DNA of 64,000 bases from Octopus sinensis (taxonomy: Eukaryota). The DNA lies in contig NC_042999.1 of assembly GCF_006345805.1 (NCBI RefSeq), positions 59,830,001-59,894,000 on the forward strand, given 5' to 3'. Below are positions 1 through 14,190 of this stretch, piece by piece. The notes below the pieces were generated by a model. It was not told the DNA's origin. It saw only the letters and a list, made by a program, of their open reading frames with translations, and did no database searches. Position 1 is the stretch's first letter, and each line of letters opens with the position of its first letter. The position numbers were made by a program, and so were the translations under genes.

Positions 1-28
1 ACATACATACATACATACATACATACAT

Positions 29-61
<33 letters not shown>

Positions 62-190
62 TACATAGCCTGCTCACTTAGCGAGCAGGCTGGCGTCATT
101 TGCAGGCTAAAAACAATGCGAAGCGCATTGTGACCAGCGATGTGTAGCAACATCTGATAGCCTGGTCAAAAATATATATTCATATATATA

Positions 191-1103
191 TCATCATCAT
201 CATCATCGTCGTTTAACGTCCGTTCTCCATGCTAGCATGGGTTGGACGGTTCGACCGGGGTTCTGGGAAGCCAGAAGGCTGCACCAGGCTCCAGTCTAAT
301 TTGGCAATGTTTCTACAGCTGGATGCCCTTCCTAACGCCAACCACTCCGTGAGTGTAGTGGGTGCTTTTTACGTGCCACCTGCACAGGTGCCAGGCGGGG
401 CTGGCAACGGCCACGGTCAGATTGGTGTATTTTATGTGCCACCGGCACGGAAGCCAGTCGAGGCGGGCTGGCATCGGCCACGAGTCGGATAGTGCTTTTT
501 AAGTACCACCAGACCAGGGATCCTGGCTGGTTCAATTCGATTTCGATTTCGCTTGCCCCAACATGTCTTCACAAGCAAAGGGGGTGGCAAGGGTGCCTGT
601 CGTACAGTCGCATTGGAGTATTTTACGTGCCACGGCCACGAATCGGATAGTGCTTTTTACGTACCACCAGACCAGGGATCCTGGCTGGTTCAATTCGATT
701 TCGATTTCGCTTGCCCCAACATGTCTTCACAAGCAAAGGGGGTTGGCATGGGTGCCTGTCGTACGGTCGCATTGGAGTATTTTACGTGCCACGGCCCCGA
801 GTCGGATAGTGCTTTTTACGTACCACCAGGCCAGGGATCCTGGCTGGTTCAATTCGGTTTCGATTTCGATTTCGATTTCGCTTGCCCCAACATGTCTTCG
901 CAAGCATGGGGGGTTGGGATGGGTGTCTGTCGTCGGATGAGGTTCTATATCGACTTCGCTTGCCTCAACCGGTCTTTGTGTCCAAGGGAGGAAAGGCATT
1001 CATAAGTGGGCTGGGCTCACTTGTCCTGCCTGGTCTTCTCACGTACAGAATATTTCCAAAGGTCTCGGTCTCTGGTCATTTCCTCAGTGAGGCCTAAAGT
1101 TCG
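191..1103 (-). mobile_element. family A retroposon ((GAT)n tail), longest copy, with internal ~159-bp triplication
   Basis: (CAT)n, CCATGCTAGCATGG palindrome, GGATGCCCTTCCTAACGCCAACC, repeated GGTGCTTTTTACGTGCCACC units. Confidence 0.9.
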
Positions 1104-1149
1104 ATATATATATATATATATGTGATGGGCTTCTTTCAGTTACTGTCTA

Positions 1150-1620
1150 CCAGACCCTCTCCTCTGCTGTGAAGATGATGTTCTTGGCCACTTGCATGCT
1201 CTTTGTCTTCCTGGTGTTGATCTTGAAGCAAGCTTTCATGTTGTTAGGCTCACAAATAAAATCTTGTAGTAACATGAACTAGCAACCTCCTGAAACCCCA
1301 ATCAAGAGGAGGAATTGGGGTTGACTAGCACATATCCTACAGAAACCTTTCAAACATTATGAGGCAAGCCCTTTGATGGACTCACCAGGAGAGATGCAAA
1401 CAGGGCAGACCAAAAGTAACATGAGGAAGGTCCACAGAAACTGAAGTGCTGGCAAGTGATTACACCTAGGGACAACTGAAATCCATTGCTGAAAATCAAG
1501 ACAGATGGAGATCTCTTGTTGGTGACCAATATTCCATGTGGAGCTAGAGGATTAAGAAGTGGACATAGCAGTTTGGATGCTGGGCTCATGATTGTTGCAT
1601 TGCGGGTTCAGTTCTCAGAG
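1150..1620 (-). mobile_element. degenerate RTE-like LINE reverse-transcriptase relic
   Basis: Minus strand FKINTRKTKSMQVAKNIIFTAEER; homologous to 4278-4445. Confidence 0.6.
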
Positions 1621-1957
1621 TAGGTGACGTATTTTGTCTTTGAGTAAGGTCCTTACATTTCATATTGCTCTTGGACACACAATCGGAAATGAGTACGAGT
1701 AACATATTGAGGAATAACACCCCACAACACTTAGGTGTCTAGTTCAGGAGTAAGCCTTGGACACCCGGCTTTAAATGCCTTGAAAATTGAGATAAACTCT
1801 GGTCTCTAGCATAGAGGCTGAATTCAAAGACAAGAGAATGTATCTTTATCGCTTTCTGTGTGTGTGTGTATGAGCATGTCAATGTATATATTATATACAC
1901 ACACACATATATACACACATATATACACATATATATATACATGTGTATGTATGTAAG

Positions 1958-1989
<32 letters not shown>

Positions 1990-2440
1990 CATGTAGGTAT
2001 GTATGTATGTATGCATGTATGTATGTATATATATATGTATATATATGTGTCTGTGTGTGTTGAGAGAAAGGGAGATGTATGTATATACCTCTTTATCAGT
2101 TTGTTTTCTTTCACTTCCTTGCTCTATATTTTTTTTTTTGTTTTATGTCTTTCTCTTATCTCTCTCTCTCTCTCTCTCTCTCTCATTGTCTCTCATTCGC
2201 TCTGCTTTTTTCTCCTTTTCTCTCCTTCTGTTTATTTTCCTTCTCCTTGTTGACAGATTTTTCTTTCTTTCTTTCTTTCTTTCATTCTGATCTGTTTGTT
2301 TTTCTTTCTTTCCTTCTCTTTTTCCTTCTTCCTTTCAAAACTCAATATCTTTTTAATGTTCAAATGTTTCTCTTTTCTCTCCTTCATTTCAGTTCCCTCC
2401 CTCTCAATTACACACACACACATACACACACACACACACA

Positions 2441-2483
<43 letters not shown>

Positions 2484-2962
2484 TCACTCAAACAGATATA
2501 TATACATATCTGTCTGTCTGTCTTCTGTCTTTCTCTCCTCTTCCCCCCCTCACCCTAGTGACTTAATTACCTAGTATTTACAATATCTCGTTACTATTTT
2601 AATTATTTTCTATTCTGTTCCTCTTCTTTACAGGGCAATAGGCCAAATATTTGTGGTGGTGGTGGTGATGGTGGTGGCGGTGGGGAGACAGATTTGACTG
2701 AATTAACCATCAGTGCATTTCTTGTTGTTGTTGTTATATAACCCAAGTTCAGTGCTCATTGAGCATGTCTACGAGTAAAGGCATGCTAGTCATGACCATC
2801 ACATCTTTTTGTTGTCTGGAACTACATTCTACATTCTACATTGCCCCTGTCTTTATTTAGGGTGGTCGTGTTGTGGTTTCAGCGAAATTTGGCTGCTCTT
2901 TCTAGCATATCGTGTGGCTTCTATGAAACTCCTTTGTTCTTATTGCTATTACAATTTAGTGT

Positions 2963-3080
2963 TGAGCTGGCAGAATTGCTAGCATGCAGGGGACCAAGCA
3001 TGCTAAGCAGTATTTCATCTGTTTACGTTCTGAGTTCAAATTTCACTGAAGTTGCCCCTGCCTTTCATTCTTTTAGGGTC
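2963..3080 (+). mobile_element. family D SINE 5' fragment
   Basis: GAGCTGGCAGAATTG..CTGAGTTCAAATT..GCCTTTCATTC. Confidence 0.7.
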
Positions 3081-3364
3081 CATATATTAACCCTTAGGGG
3101 ACAACAGGGTCAATCTGTCTGCTGAAAATTCATTAGTTCATTCAATTTCCTTCAAGAATATATATTATTTCTGTTTATTTTCCTTCTCTTTGTTGACAGA
3201 TATTTCTTTCTTTCTTTCTTTCTGATCTGTTTGTTTCTCTTTGTTTCTCTTTTTCTTCTTCTTTTCAAACTTGATATCTTTTCAATGTTCAATGTTTCAT
3301 TATATATATATATTATATATATATAATATATATATATTTCCTACAAGAATTTATATATTGTATT

Positions 3365-3603
3365 CTTCTTCTTCTTGTGCCTTTCTTGGGCTTGGTTTCC
3401 CTGGTTTCAATGGTGTGTGTTCCCCAGTTGGATGGGATGCCAGTCCATCGCAGCGTTACTCATTTTTGCCAGCTGAGTGGACTGGAGTAATATGAAATGG
3501 AGTGTTTTGCTCAAGAATACAACGTGTCGCCTGGTCCAGGAATCAAAACCACAATCTTACGATCATAATGCTGACACCCTAACCACTAGGCCATGTGCCT
3601 CTA
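3365..3603 (-). mobile_element. family F SINE
   Basis: Collinear with the 35255 copy. Confidence 0.8.
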
Positions 3604-4277
3604 CATATATTGTATTAGTTCATTCAATTTCCTACAAGAATATATATAGTTTTATATATGTAAAGTTATTACTTTATTTTTTATAATTCTTATTGAAAAA
3701 TAAGTGCGTGCCACCTGTGGGGCCTTTGAAAATGGTTCTGTCTTCTTGGCACTGAAACTCCAAATGAGGTTCCATCTCCAAAGGTTTAAGTACCATATAT
3801 TAAGATATATTAAGCTTTCAAAATTCACTCTGACACTGCCTACAAGCATAACATTGTGGATGGAGGTGCCGAAATGCAGTGCAGTCACCTAGAGATTCTG
3901 AGCATAATACCAGGCAAGGCACTAAGGTGAAACACAAGACACCTGAAGAAGGCTGGAGAATACACAGCCAAACCATAGTGAAAAGCAACGATCAAGATAA
4001 GGACACCAGTCTCATTAATACACAATATATATAAATTCCCTATTTCAGAAATATAGAATGATATTATTAGTACCACTGGAGTTCTGGGTTCAATGTAATT
4101 GACTAGTTCCCTCCCTCAAAATTCCAGGCCTTGGGGCCTATAGTAGCAAACTAGCAGAGTAATTAACATGCTAGACAAAATGCCTAGCTGTATTTCTTTA
4201 AGCTGTATGTTCTGAGTTCGAATATTGCTGCGGTCAACTTTGCCTGTCGTCGCTTTTGGGGTCGATAAAATATTGAT

Positions 4278-4445
4278 TACGCTTCCCAGGTATGTAAAAT
4301 GATTGACATCTTTCATTTCCTCCCCTCTGTCTGTGAAGTCGACGTTGTTGGTCACCTGCACTCTCATGGCTTTTTGTCTTCCTGATGTTGATCATGAACT
4401 AGCAACCTCTTGAAACCCTGATCAACTGGGGTTGACTAGGACAGC
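4278..4445 (-). mobile_element. RTE-like LINE reverse-transcriptase relic
   Basis: Minus strand INIRKTK then, after a frameshift, MRVQVTNNVDFTDRGEEMKDVNHFTYLGS (FTYLGS motif). Confidence 0.75.
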
Positions 4446-4572
4446 TAAGCACTGGAGTCAATGTAATTGGCTTCTCCCTCCCTTTAAAATCACTGGCCCT
4501 GTGCTAAAACATAAAAAGCATTATATTAGCCTAAGTCAGTTCTTATCAAGCATACCTATTATAATTGATATT

Positions 4573-4897
4573 GTGGCACGTAAAAAGCACCATCCGAACG
4601 TGGCCGTTGCCAGTACCGCCTCAACTGGCTTCCGTGCCAGTGGCACATAAAAAGCACCAACCGATCGTGGCTGTTGCCAGCCTCGCCTGGCACCTGTGCC
4701 GGTGGCACATAAAAAGTACCCACTACACTCTCGGAGTGGTTGGCGTTAGGAAGGGCATCCAGCTGTAGAAACACTGCCAGATCAGACTGGAGCCTAGTGC
4801 AGCCTCCTGGCTTCCCAGACCCCAGTCAGACTGTCCAACCCATGCTAGCATGGAAAACGGACGTTAAATGATGATGATGATGATGATGATGATGATG
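4573..4897 (+). mobile_element. family A retroposon
   Basis: Same diagnostic blocks; (GAT)n tail 4868-4897. Confidence 0.9.
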
Positions 4898-5174
4898 TTC
4901 TTATTTACCATTTGCTAGTCTCCATTTTGTCTGTATTGCAATCATTTGTATCTGATATCTATCAAAGAATTCCACAGAGGTTTTTATTGTTGTTCTGTAA
5001 AGATTTAGTCTAAAAATTTCCTCTTTCCCATTGATTTTTTTCATAATGCTTGTCTTAATGTTCAGATTGAAGTGAGTTAAGATATAGTTAAAGCACTGGA
5101 TGCCATATTATCGGAATCTTTGAAACTCAAATATCTTAGTTTGTTATTTGGAATATTTTCAGGTGAAATTCAGT

Positions 5175-5553
5175 GCAGGCATGGCTGTGTGGTTAAAAAG
5201 CTTACTTTATTTATAACTTCATGGTTTCAGGTTCAGTCCCATCTTCTGTAGCTCCTGGTCAACCAATGCCTTGTGAGGGAATTTGGTAGGCGGAAACTGT
5301 GTTGAAGCTCATCATGTGTGTGTGTTTGTGCATGTATGTGTGTGCGCACCCCTTCACACACATCATATGGCAACCACCATTTGCTTATGTCTCTGCAGCT
5401 TAGCAGCTCCCTTAACTTAGCTATTTGGCAAAAGAAACTGATAGAAAAATACCAGACTTTAAATAATCAGTACTGGAGTCAATTTGCTTCACCAAATCTT
5501 TGAAAGCAGTGGCAAAGCATGGCTGAAGTCCAGTGACTGAAACAAATAAAAGT
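5175..5553 (+). mobile_element. family B SINE, degenerate
   Basis: Head, body and tail blocks recognisable. Confidence 0.7.
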
Positions 5554-5649
5554 AAAATCACTTGGATCAAATCAGAACCAGTGCCATCATTGGCTGATAG
5601 AAACCTGTTACTGGTCACCACATAATAACTCATTATTACATGCACAGTG

Positions 5650-5990
5650 AAGGCGCACGTCTCAGTGATTAGAGCGTCAATCTTACGATCCTGTGGTTGT
5701 GAGTTCGAATCCCGGACCGGGCTGCGTGTTGTGTTCTTGAGCAAGACACTTTATTTCATGTTGCTCCAGTTCACTCAGTTGTAGAAATGAGTTGCGACGT
5801 CACTGGTGCCAAGCTGTATTGGCCTTTGCCTTTCCCTTGGGTAACACCGGTGGCATGGAGAGGGGAGGCCGGTATGCATGGGCGACTGCTGGTCTTCCAT
5901 AAACAACCTTGCCTGGACTTGTGCCTGGGAGGGTAACTTTCTAGGTGCAATCCCACAGTCAGTCATGACCGAAGGGGTTCTCAGTATTAC
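5650..5990 (+). mobile_element. tRNA-headed SINE (further family); reverse partial copy at 23345-23600
   Basis: CTCAGTGATTAGAGCG..GAGTTCGAATCCC..GTTCTTGAGCAAGACAC..CCTTTGCCTTTCCCTTGGGTAAC. Confidence 0.8.
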
Positions 5991-6269
5991 ATGCACATAG
6001 CTGAGGGGTTAAGAACCAAATCGGGCCCCTACAGTTCTTGCCCTGTGAGGAAGGTTTGTGGGCTTCTGGCATGTTATGAAGCAAATCTAGTCGGTCGATT
6101 GGTACCACTTGGAATGTTTACTTCTGCCTTTAGCGTTCAGATTATTCTGTCAGATGTGATGCATATTTATTCGCATTTACCCTACACCAGCTTCACATAA
6201 CCAGCCCCAGCCCATTCAAAGTACCTGCTGTGCTTACCTTGGATTGTAGGGCGACCTGCTGTGCTTGAA

Positions 6270-6646
6270 GAGACTTATTGAGTAAAGTAGATCAACATCA
6301 AAATAAAAATCAAATGGAAATTGTAGTTGTGATACCTGTGCCAGTGGCACATAAAAAGCACCATCCAAACGTGGCCAATGCCAGCACTGCCTTGACTGGT
6401 TTCTGTGCTGATGGCATGTAAAAGGCACCAACCGATCGTGTGGCTTTCCCTGTGCTGGTGGCACGTAAAAAGCACCCACTACACTCATGGAGTGGTTGGC
6501 GTTAGGAAAGGCATCCAGCTGTAGAAACACTGCCAGATCAGATTGGAGTCTGGTGCAACCTCCTGGCTTCCCAGACCCCGGTTGAACCGTCCAACCCATG
6601 CTAGCATGGAAAACAGACATTAAATGATGATGATGATGATGGTGAT
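6270..6646 (+). mobile_element. family A retroposon
   Basis: Same diagnostic blocks and tail. Confidence 0.9.
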
Positions 6647-8048
6647 TTTGGAATTAATCATACATTAACACGATGGCGTGTTTGTTTATTTTTAGAATGA
6701 CATTGTAGGGTAAGTGTGAGAGGTTAGATTTTGCCAGTTTGAGCATAAAACAACTGGAATATTTGAGCCCGATAGGCCACTAATGACTTTTTCCCACTGT
6801 TCTCAACTCTGGGTTGTCTTTTCTGTCTTTCTTCTCCCGAGTCCTGTTAATTTTGAATTGCCATCAATACTGCAGGAACTCTGCCTTTTCCTAGGTAATT
6901 GTGTTGGCCCTAAATAAACCCCTTTTTACCTCTGGCAAAAAGATGGTCCATATTAATGTGGCCTCTGTCCTTTGACCTGTTCAGCATGGGAGACTCTATC
7001 AGGGACTTGTGCTCTATGAGCATAGCTCTCAAGGTCATTGCAGCTCACAAGCAATCACACTACAAGAACTGGACATTGTGGTGGACCATTAGGACTTCCA
7101 AGCCCAGTAAAACATTTGAGTTGAAGTTACACTGATATTTAATTCTATACCTGACTTTTCTGGATTCAAGACGAGGTGTAGTGAAAAGATGTCCCCTGCA
7201 GCAGAAATCCCATGGGAATAAATTGGTTTTTAACTTGAAGTTGAGAAAAGGTTGCAACCTCAAATTCTTCATTAAGTTTCTGTTGCTTTTGCAGTAGTAA
7301 TTGTTTAGTCCCAGGTTGTCCCTGGTCAAAGGTATTTCAGTTGTGATCATTACATCATGTCAGGGTTATTTAAAACAATTTTACCCGTTGCGTCCTTATG
7401 TAAGTAACCCTTTTGATAACAATCCACCAGAGAGCACCCTTGATTTAAGGGGTCATCCTGTTTTAAGACAATCTGAATTAACCATTCCATTAATATTTCA
7501 TGTTAATTGATGTTCTAAAAAATTAATAATGACAAAATTGTTTTCTTAAATTCTTCATTATTTTCAAAAACTAATTAAATTAAAGACTGTGTTTTTTTTT
7601 TTAATAAAAGTATGGTAATGGAAAGCTTTAGTTAGTATTGTGTGATTTCAAAGAGATTTGGTTGTTATTTCTGGGAGTTACAACAACCACATAAAGGCTC
7701 TTTTTTATTGGTTTGTTTTCATTGAGTAGTTGCATTCGATGGAAGACATCTCTCTCTGTTGAATCATTTATTTATTTTTCTCTCTTTTTTTTCTTTCGAT
7801 ATTTTATCCAATAATATCAAAATTTGCTGAACTATCCAAGCAATTCTGTTATGGAAAATAGATATTAAATCACTGAAATTAAAAATAATAGCATATTAAA
7901 ATAACAAGCAAGATAAAAACATTCAATTTTCTTACCATTATATTTTGCAATATTTGATCATAAAATATTTTTGTATAAAACTTTCCTGTAGAATTTTTAA
8001 AATTTATTTTTATGTAATTTATCCCCCCCCCCACCTCTCTCTCTCCTC

Positions 8049-8093
<45 letters not shown>

Positions 8094-8518
8094 GCTTTGT
8101 TAGCATTAGTTCAGGAGGGAAAAAAAATAAACAAAAAAAAATAAAATAAAATAATAAAACAAATTGTGCTTCAAGCAGAATTTTATAGCTCAATGCCAAC
8201 TATTTATATTACATAAGTTTCTACTGCATCTAGATTTTATTTATGCTGTTTACACTATCTCAGAAAAACCTGGAAGTAAATAATAAATAATGACAGAATT
8301 CTTGCCTGAGATAACTTCAGCTGTTTTTCTTATTGAAATGTTCCAATACTTTTGTTTCAAATAAACATAGGAAAGCATCTTCTTCTACAGCATGCCATCA
8401 TGTAAATATTGTAAAATAAGACTTTGGCGTGGCTATGTGGTTAAGAAGTCTTCATCACAGTGACATGGTTTTTGGTTCAATCCCACTACAGTGTACATGG
8501 CTGACACTTTGTTCTTTG

Positions 8519-8853
8519 TATTCTTACTCTTTTACTTGTTTCAGTCATTTGACTGCGGCCATGCTGGAGCACCGCCTTTAATCGAGGAACTCGACCCCGG
8601 GACTTATTCTTTGTAAGCCCAGTACTTATTCTATCGGTCTCTTTTTGCCGAACCGCTAAGTAACGGGGACATAAACACACCAGCATCGGTTGTCAAGCAA
8701 TGCTAGGGGACAAACACAGACACACAAACACACACACGCATATATATATACATATATACGACGGGCTTCTTTCAGTTTCCGTCTACCAAATCCACTCACA
8801 AGGCTTTGGTCGGCCCGAGGCTATAGTAGAAGACACTTGCCCAAGATGCCACA
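8519..8853 (-). mobile_element. family B SINE, 5' part missing
   Basis: Tail CTCTTTTACTTGTTTCAGTCATTTGACTGCGGCC through CTTGCCCAAG. Confidence 0.88.
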
Positions 8854-8904
8854 CTTTTTTTTTTTTTCATTTTTGCAAGATTATAAGGCATGATTATAGG
8901 GCAT

Positions 8905-9266
8905 GAATCGAAATCGATCAACATAATGGAAATTGTAGCTGTGATACCAGTGCCGGTGGCACGTAAAAGAACCATCCGAACGTGGCTGTTGCCAGCACCG
9001 CCCCGATTGGCCTCCGTGCCAGTGGCACGTAAAAAGCACCGTCTAATCATGGCCGTTTGCCAGCCTCGTCTGTCACGTAAACAGCACCCACTACACTCAC
9101 GGAGTGGTTGGCGTTAGGAAGGGCATCCAGCCATAGAAACACTGCCAGATCAGACTGGGCCTGGTGCAGCCTTCTGGCTTCCCAGACCCCAGTTGAACCA
9201 TCCAACCCATGCTAGTATGGAAAGTGGACGTTAAACGATGACGATGATGATGATGATGATGATGAT
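8905..9266 (+). mobile_element. family A retroposon
   Basis: Same diagnostic blocks and tail. Confidence 0.9.
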
Positions 9267-9484
9267 TATAAAGAGGTGAGGCTACTAATTCTTGCAGGTC
9301 TAGGGGTCATTTAAATTTATGAAATTTGATTTAGCTCAGTAGCCCAACCATGTCTTTCCTTTAATGTCTTTTATAGATTGTGTTAAACTTTGAACCAGAC
9401 AAATAAATTAGCATACATCTTTATTAATGGATGTCTTTTAAAACTAATAACAACAACAACAACAATAATAATAATAATAATCCT

Positions 9485-9685
9485 TTCTACTAAATGTAGC
9501 AGGAGAGGACTAGTTAATTACAATGATCTCAATGTCCACCTGCTACTTAATTTATCGACCCCGAATGGATAAAAGGCAAAGTCGACCTCTGTGGAATTTG
9601 AACTCAGAACATAAAGATGGATGAAATGTTGCTTTATTTTTTTGTTCGACATGCTAATAATTCTGCCAGCTCATCACCTTAGTAA
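9485..9685 (-). mobile_element. family D SINE (tail type 2)
   Basis: Diagnostic blocks. Confidence 0.8.
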
Positions 9686-9694
9686 TAATAATAA

Positions 9695-10288
9695 TACTCT
9701 TTACTCTATTACTTGTTTCAGTCATTTGACTATGGCCATGCTGGAGCACCACCTTTAGTCGAGCAAATCGACCCCAGGACTTATTCTTCGTCAGCCCAGC
9801 ACTTATTCTATCAGTCCTTTTTGCCGAACCACTAAGTTATGGGGATGTAAGCCACCAGCATCGGTTGTCAAGCAATGTTGGGGAGACACACACAGACACA
9901 CAAACATATATGCACACATACATACATACATGTATGTGTATATATATATATATAATAAATTAATAAATAAAACATATGCATATATACATACATATATGTA
10001 CATACCTACCTCTACATGTATATATACATGCATATATGGGTACAGGACACCAAAAAACCGTCGAGCACAATGAGAAATGAAAACATAAACACAACACCAA
10101 GGAACTGGACATTTTTCTTATATATATACATATATATGACAAGCTTCTTTCTGTTTCTGTCTACCAAACCCACTCACAAATCTTTTGTCGGCCCAAGGCT
10201 ATAGTAGAAGACACTTGCCCAAGGTGCCACGTAGTGGGACTGAACCCGGAACCATGTAGTTCGTAAGCAAGCTACTTACCACACAGCC
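9695..10288 (-). mobile_element. family B SINE with expanded internal microsatellite
   Basis: Both halves present. Confidence 0.85.
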
Positions 10289-10289
10289 A

Positions 10290-10360
10290 GAACATAGCGG
10301 CAGATAAAATACCGCTAAGCATCTCACTCGGGCTGTTAGCAATTCTGCCACCTTGCTGCC

Positions 10361-10444
<84 letters not shown>

Positions 10445-10457
10445 TAATAATAATAAC

Positions 10458-10500
<43 letters not shown>

Positions 10501-10543
10501 TAATAATAATAATATAATAATAATAATAATCATAATAATAATA

Positions 10544-10587
<44 letters not shown>

Positions 10588-10609
10588 TAATAATAATAAT
10601 AATAATAAC

Positions 10610-10650
<41 letters not shown>

Positions 10651-10660
10651 TAATAATAAC

Positions 10661-10707
<47 letters not shown>

Positions 10708-10924
10708 TAGTTCTTTTTGCTATAAGCACAAGGCCTGAAATTTGGCGGGATGGAACTAGTCAATTACATTGATCCCAGTGCATAAATGGTACTTAATTTA
10801 TTGACCCCAAAAGGATGACAGGCAAAGTTGACCTTGGTGGAGTTTGAACCTCAGAACACAGCGGCAGATAAAATACCTCTAAGCATTTCACCCGGACTGC
10901 TAACGATTCTGCCAGCTTGCCGTC

Positions 10925-10925
<1 letters not shown>
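10290..10925 (-). mobile_element. family D SINE (10706-10925) and SINE head (10290-10362) separated by (AAT)n
   Basis: Diagnostic D blocks on either side of the trinucleotide tract. Confidence 0.8.
10363..10705. repeat. (AAT)n array, about 340 bp, with phase slips
   Basis: Direct inspection. Confidence 0.98.
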
Positions 10926-11401
<476 letters not shown>

Positions 11402-11536
11402 GTGATGATGATGATGATAAAAAGAAGAGTCGTGATTATTATCATAACAAACTCATTCCCTCCCCTCTGTTGCCAAGGCTGCCAACACTGCCACCAAGCA
11501 GGAGAGTAACTTATTAATGCCAGCTCTGTATCTTAT

Positions 11537-11613
<77 letters not shown>

Positions 11614-12079
11614 GTCTCTCTGTCTCTCTCTCTTTTGTTTCCTTTCGTTATCTTTGATCCTTTTACCCTACAACTTAAATCTTATGCCAATTACAGAAAT
11701 TCAAAAGTGATATACTGGAGGTGGTGGTGGTGGTGGTGGTGGCAGTGGGAGGAGGTTGTCGGGTGGGGGCGGGGGGTTGGAAATACCAAACAATGAAAAT
11801 ATATAAAATCGAAAATAAAATGCCAAAAAAAAACCCCAAAAACCAAATGAAAAAAAAAACCCAGTCCAACCACCACCACCACCACCATCACAACAACAAC
11901 AACAACAACAACAGCAACAATAGCAACATAACATACATAAAAGTAGAAATGGTCTTTTTTAAATTAATATTTTTATCATAGTCAAGCATCTCTTCTGTTG
12001 CCGTGGCAATAGCATCCAATTGAGGAAAGTTCCAGCCTAAGATCACTGAAAGCTTCCCATTATTGACATTTAGTCAGCA

Positions 12080-12930
12080 TTCTGTTTAGCTATTTTCCTC
12101 TCTTTCTCTCCTTTCCTTCTTCCCTTCTTTCCTTCCTTCTTCCCTTCTTTCCTTCCTTCTTCCCTTCTTTCCTTCCCTCTTTCTTTCTTTTTCTCTTTCA
12201 ATTTTCTTTTCTATCTGTTTACATTTTTTTTTTTTTACTTACATTTTCTTTTGTCCTGCATTCCTTCTTTCATCTTTCTTTTCTTTTTCATTCGTTTCCT
12301 TTTTCTTCTTTCTTTCTGCCTTCTTCTTCTTCTTCTTTTCTTCTTCTTCTTCTTCTTCTTCTTCTTTTTCTTCTTCTTCTTTTTCTTCTTCTTCTTCTTT
12401 TTCTTCTTCTTCTTCTTCTTCTTTTCTTCTTCTTCTTCTTCTTCTTCTTCTTCTTCTTCTTCTTCTTCTTCTTCTCCTTCTCCTTCTTTTTCTTCTTCAT
12501 CTTCTTATTTTTCTTCTTTTTCTTTTCTTCTCCTCCTCCTTCTTCTTCTTCTTCTTCTCCTTCTTCTTCTTCTTCTCCTTCTTCCCGTCCTATTTCTCTC
12601 CTATCTATATATCTCTATTCTTTCCATTTTTCTCCTACCTATCTCACTTCTCTCCGTTTTTCTCTCTCATTCTCTCTCTCTCTCACTTGTGCTCTCTCTC
12701 CTGCTCCGCACCCTCCTCTCTCTTTTACTCCCTTTGTTTCTCTCTCTCTCCTCCTCTCCTTTTCTCTCTCTCTCCTCTCTCTCTCTCTCTTTCTCTCTTG
12801 ATTGCTCTCTATCACTTTCTCTTTCACTTTACCAGTCTCTCCCTCTTCCTTTTTCTCTCTTCCATCTCTTCTTTCAATCTCTCTCCTCTCTTTCCCCCTC
12901 TCTTCCTCTTGATTGCTCTCTATCACTTGC

Positions 12931-12968
<38 letters not shown>

Positions 12969-12970
12969 CA
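12080..12970. repeat. polypyrimidine tract: (CTT)n, (CT)n, CCTT repeats
   Basis: Direct inspection. Confidence 0.95.
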
Positions 12971-13389
12971 ATAACCATTCTGAACAGTCAATACAATTAA
13001 TGGTTGCCTGCCAACTCCAACACTGGAATAAAAATTCCTGGCAGTTCAAACAAAATACTGAATCCCACAGGTAACGTGTGTGTGTTTGTGTGTGTATGCG
13101 TATGTGTATGTGCATGCACACATATTAACATGTCTGCGTATGCGTGTGTTTGAGCTGGATGGACATTCTTAGAATTACATAGAAACACTAGCTCCATGTA
13201 AGGAGATTTCAAAAGGCAGCCATATTTCTATTAATATATGATCTCTTAGTCTTGGATATTTGAAGTAGGTTGTCCACTGATAATTAAAATTTCGCTGTCA
13301 TCCATTATCATTATTATTATTGTTATTAATATTATTGTTGTTACACTTTATTATTATCATTATCATCATCATTATTGATATATTTGTTA

Positions 13390-13421
<32 letters not shown>

Positions 13422-13439
13422 GTTATTAGATGACAGTGA

Positions 13440-14190
13440 AGGGTGGTGAGCTGGCAGAATCATTAGCACACCGGGCGAAATGCTCAGCAGCATTTCATCT
13501 ATCTTTACGTTCTGAGTTCAAATTCCGCCAAGGTCAACTTTGCCTTTCATCCTTTCGGGGTTGATAAATTAAGTACCAGTGATACACTGGGGTTGAGGTA
13601 ATCGACTTGTTCCCTCCCCCTAATTTTGTGCCTTGTGCCTATAGTAGAAAGGATTATTATTATAATTATAATTACCATCATCATTATTATTGTTATTATT
13701 ATTATTGTTATTATTATTATTGTTATTAGATGGCAGTGATGGCAGAATCATTAGCACACCAGGTAAAATGCACAGAAGTATATCATCTGTCTTTACGATC
13801 TGAGTTCAAATTCTGCCGAGGTCGACTTTGCCTTTCATCCTTTTGGGGGTCAATAAATTAAGTACCAGTGATACACTGGGATTCTATATGTCATGTCTAT
13901 ATGTTATATTTGTTAGTCCTGGTGGTTTTGTAATGTATTTGTCTGTATATTTATTGTCATCATCATCATCATTATCATCATTGTTGTTACTACATGACAG
14001 TGAAGAGTGGTGAGACTGCAGAACTGTTAGCATGCCTGATGACATGCTTAGTGGCATTTCACGAGTCTTCATGTTCTGAGTTCAAATTCTTTAGAAGTCA
14101 GTTTTGCCTTTCATTCTTTCGGGGTTCGATAAGTACTGCCTTCCCACATATTCCTGGCCTTGTGCCTATTGTCAAAGGATTATTATTATG
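13440..14190 (+). mobile_element. three head-to-tail family D SINEs linked by (ATT)/(CAT) tracts
   Basis: Heads near 13440, 13735 and 14005. Confidence 0.85.
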
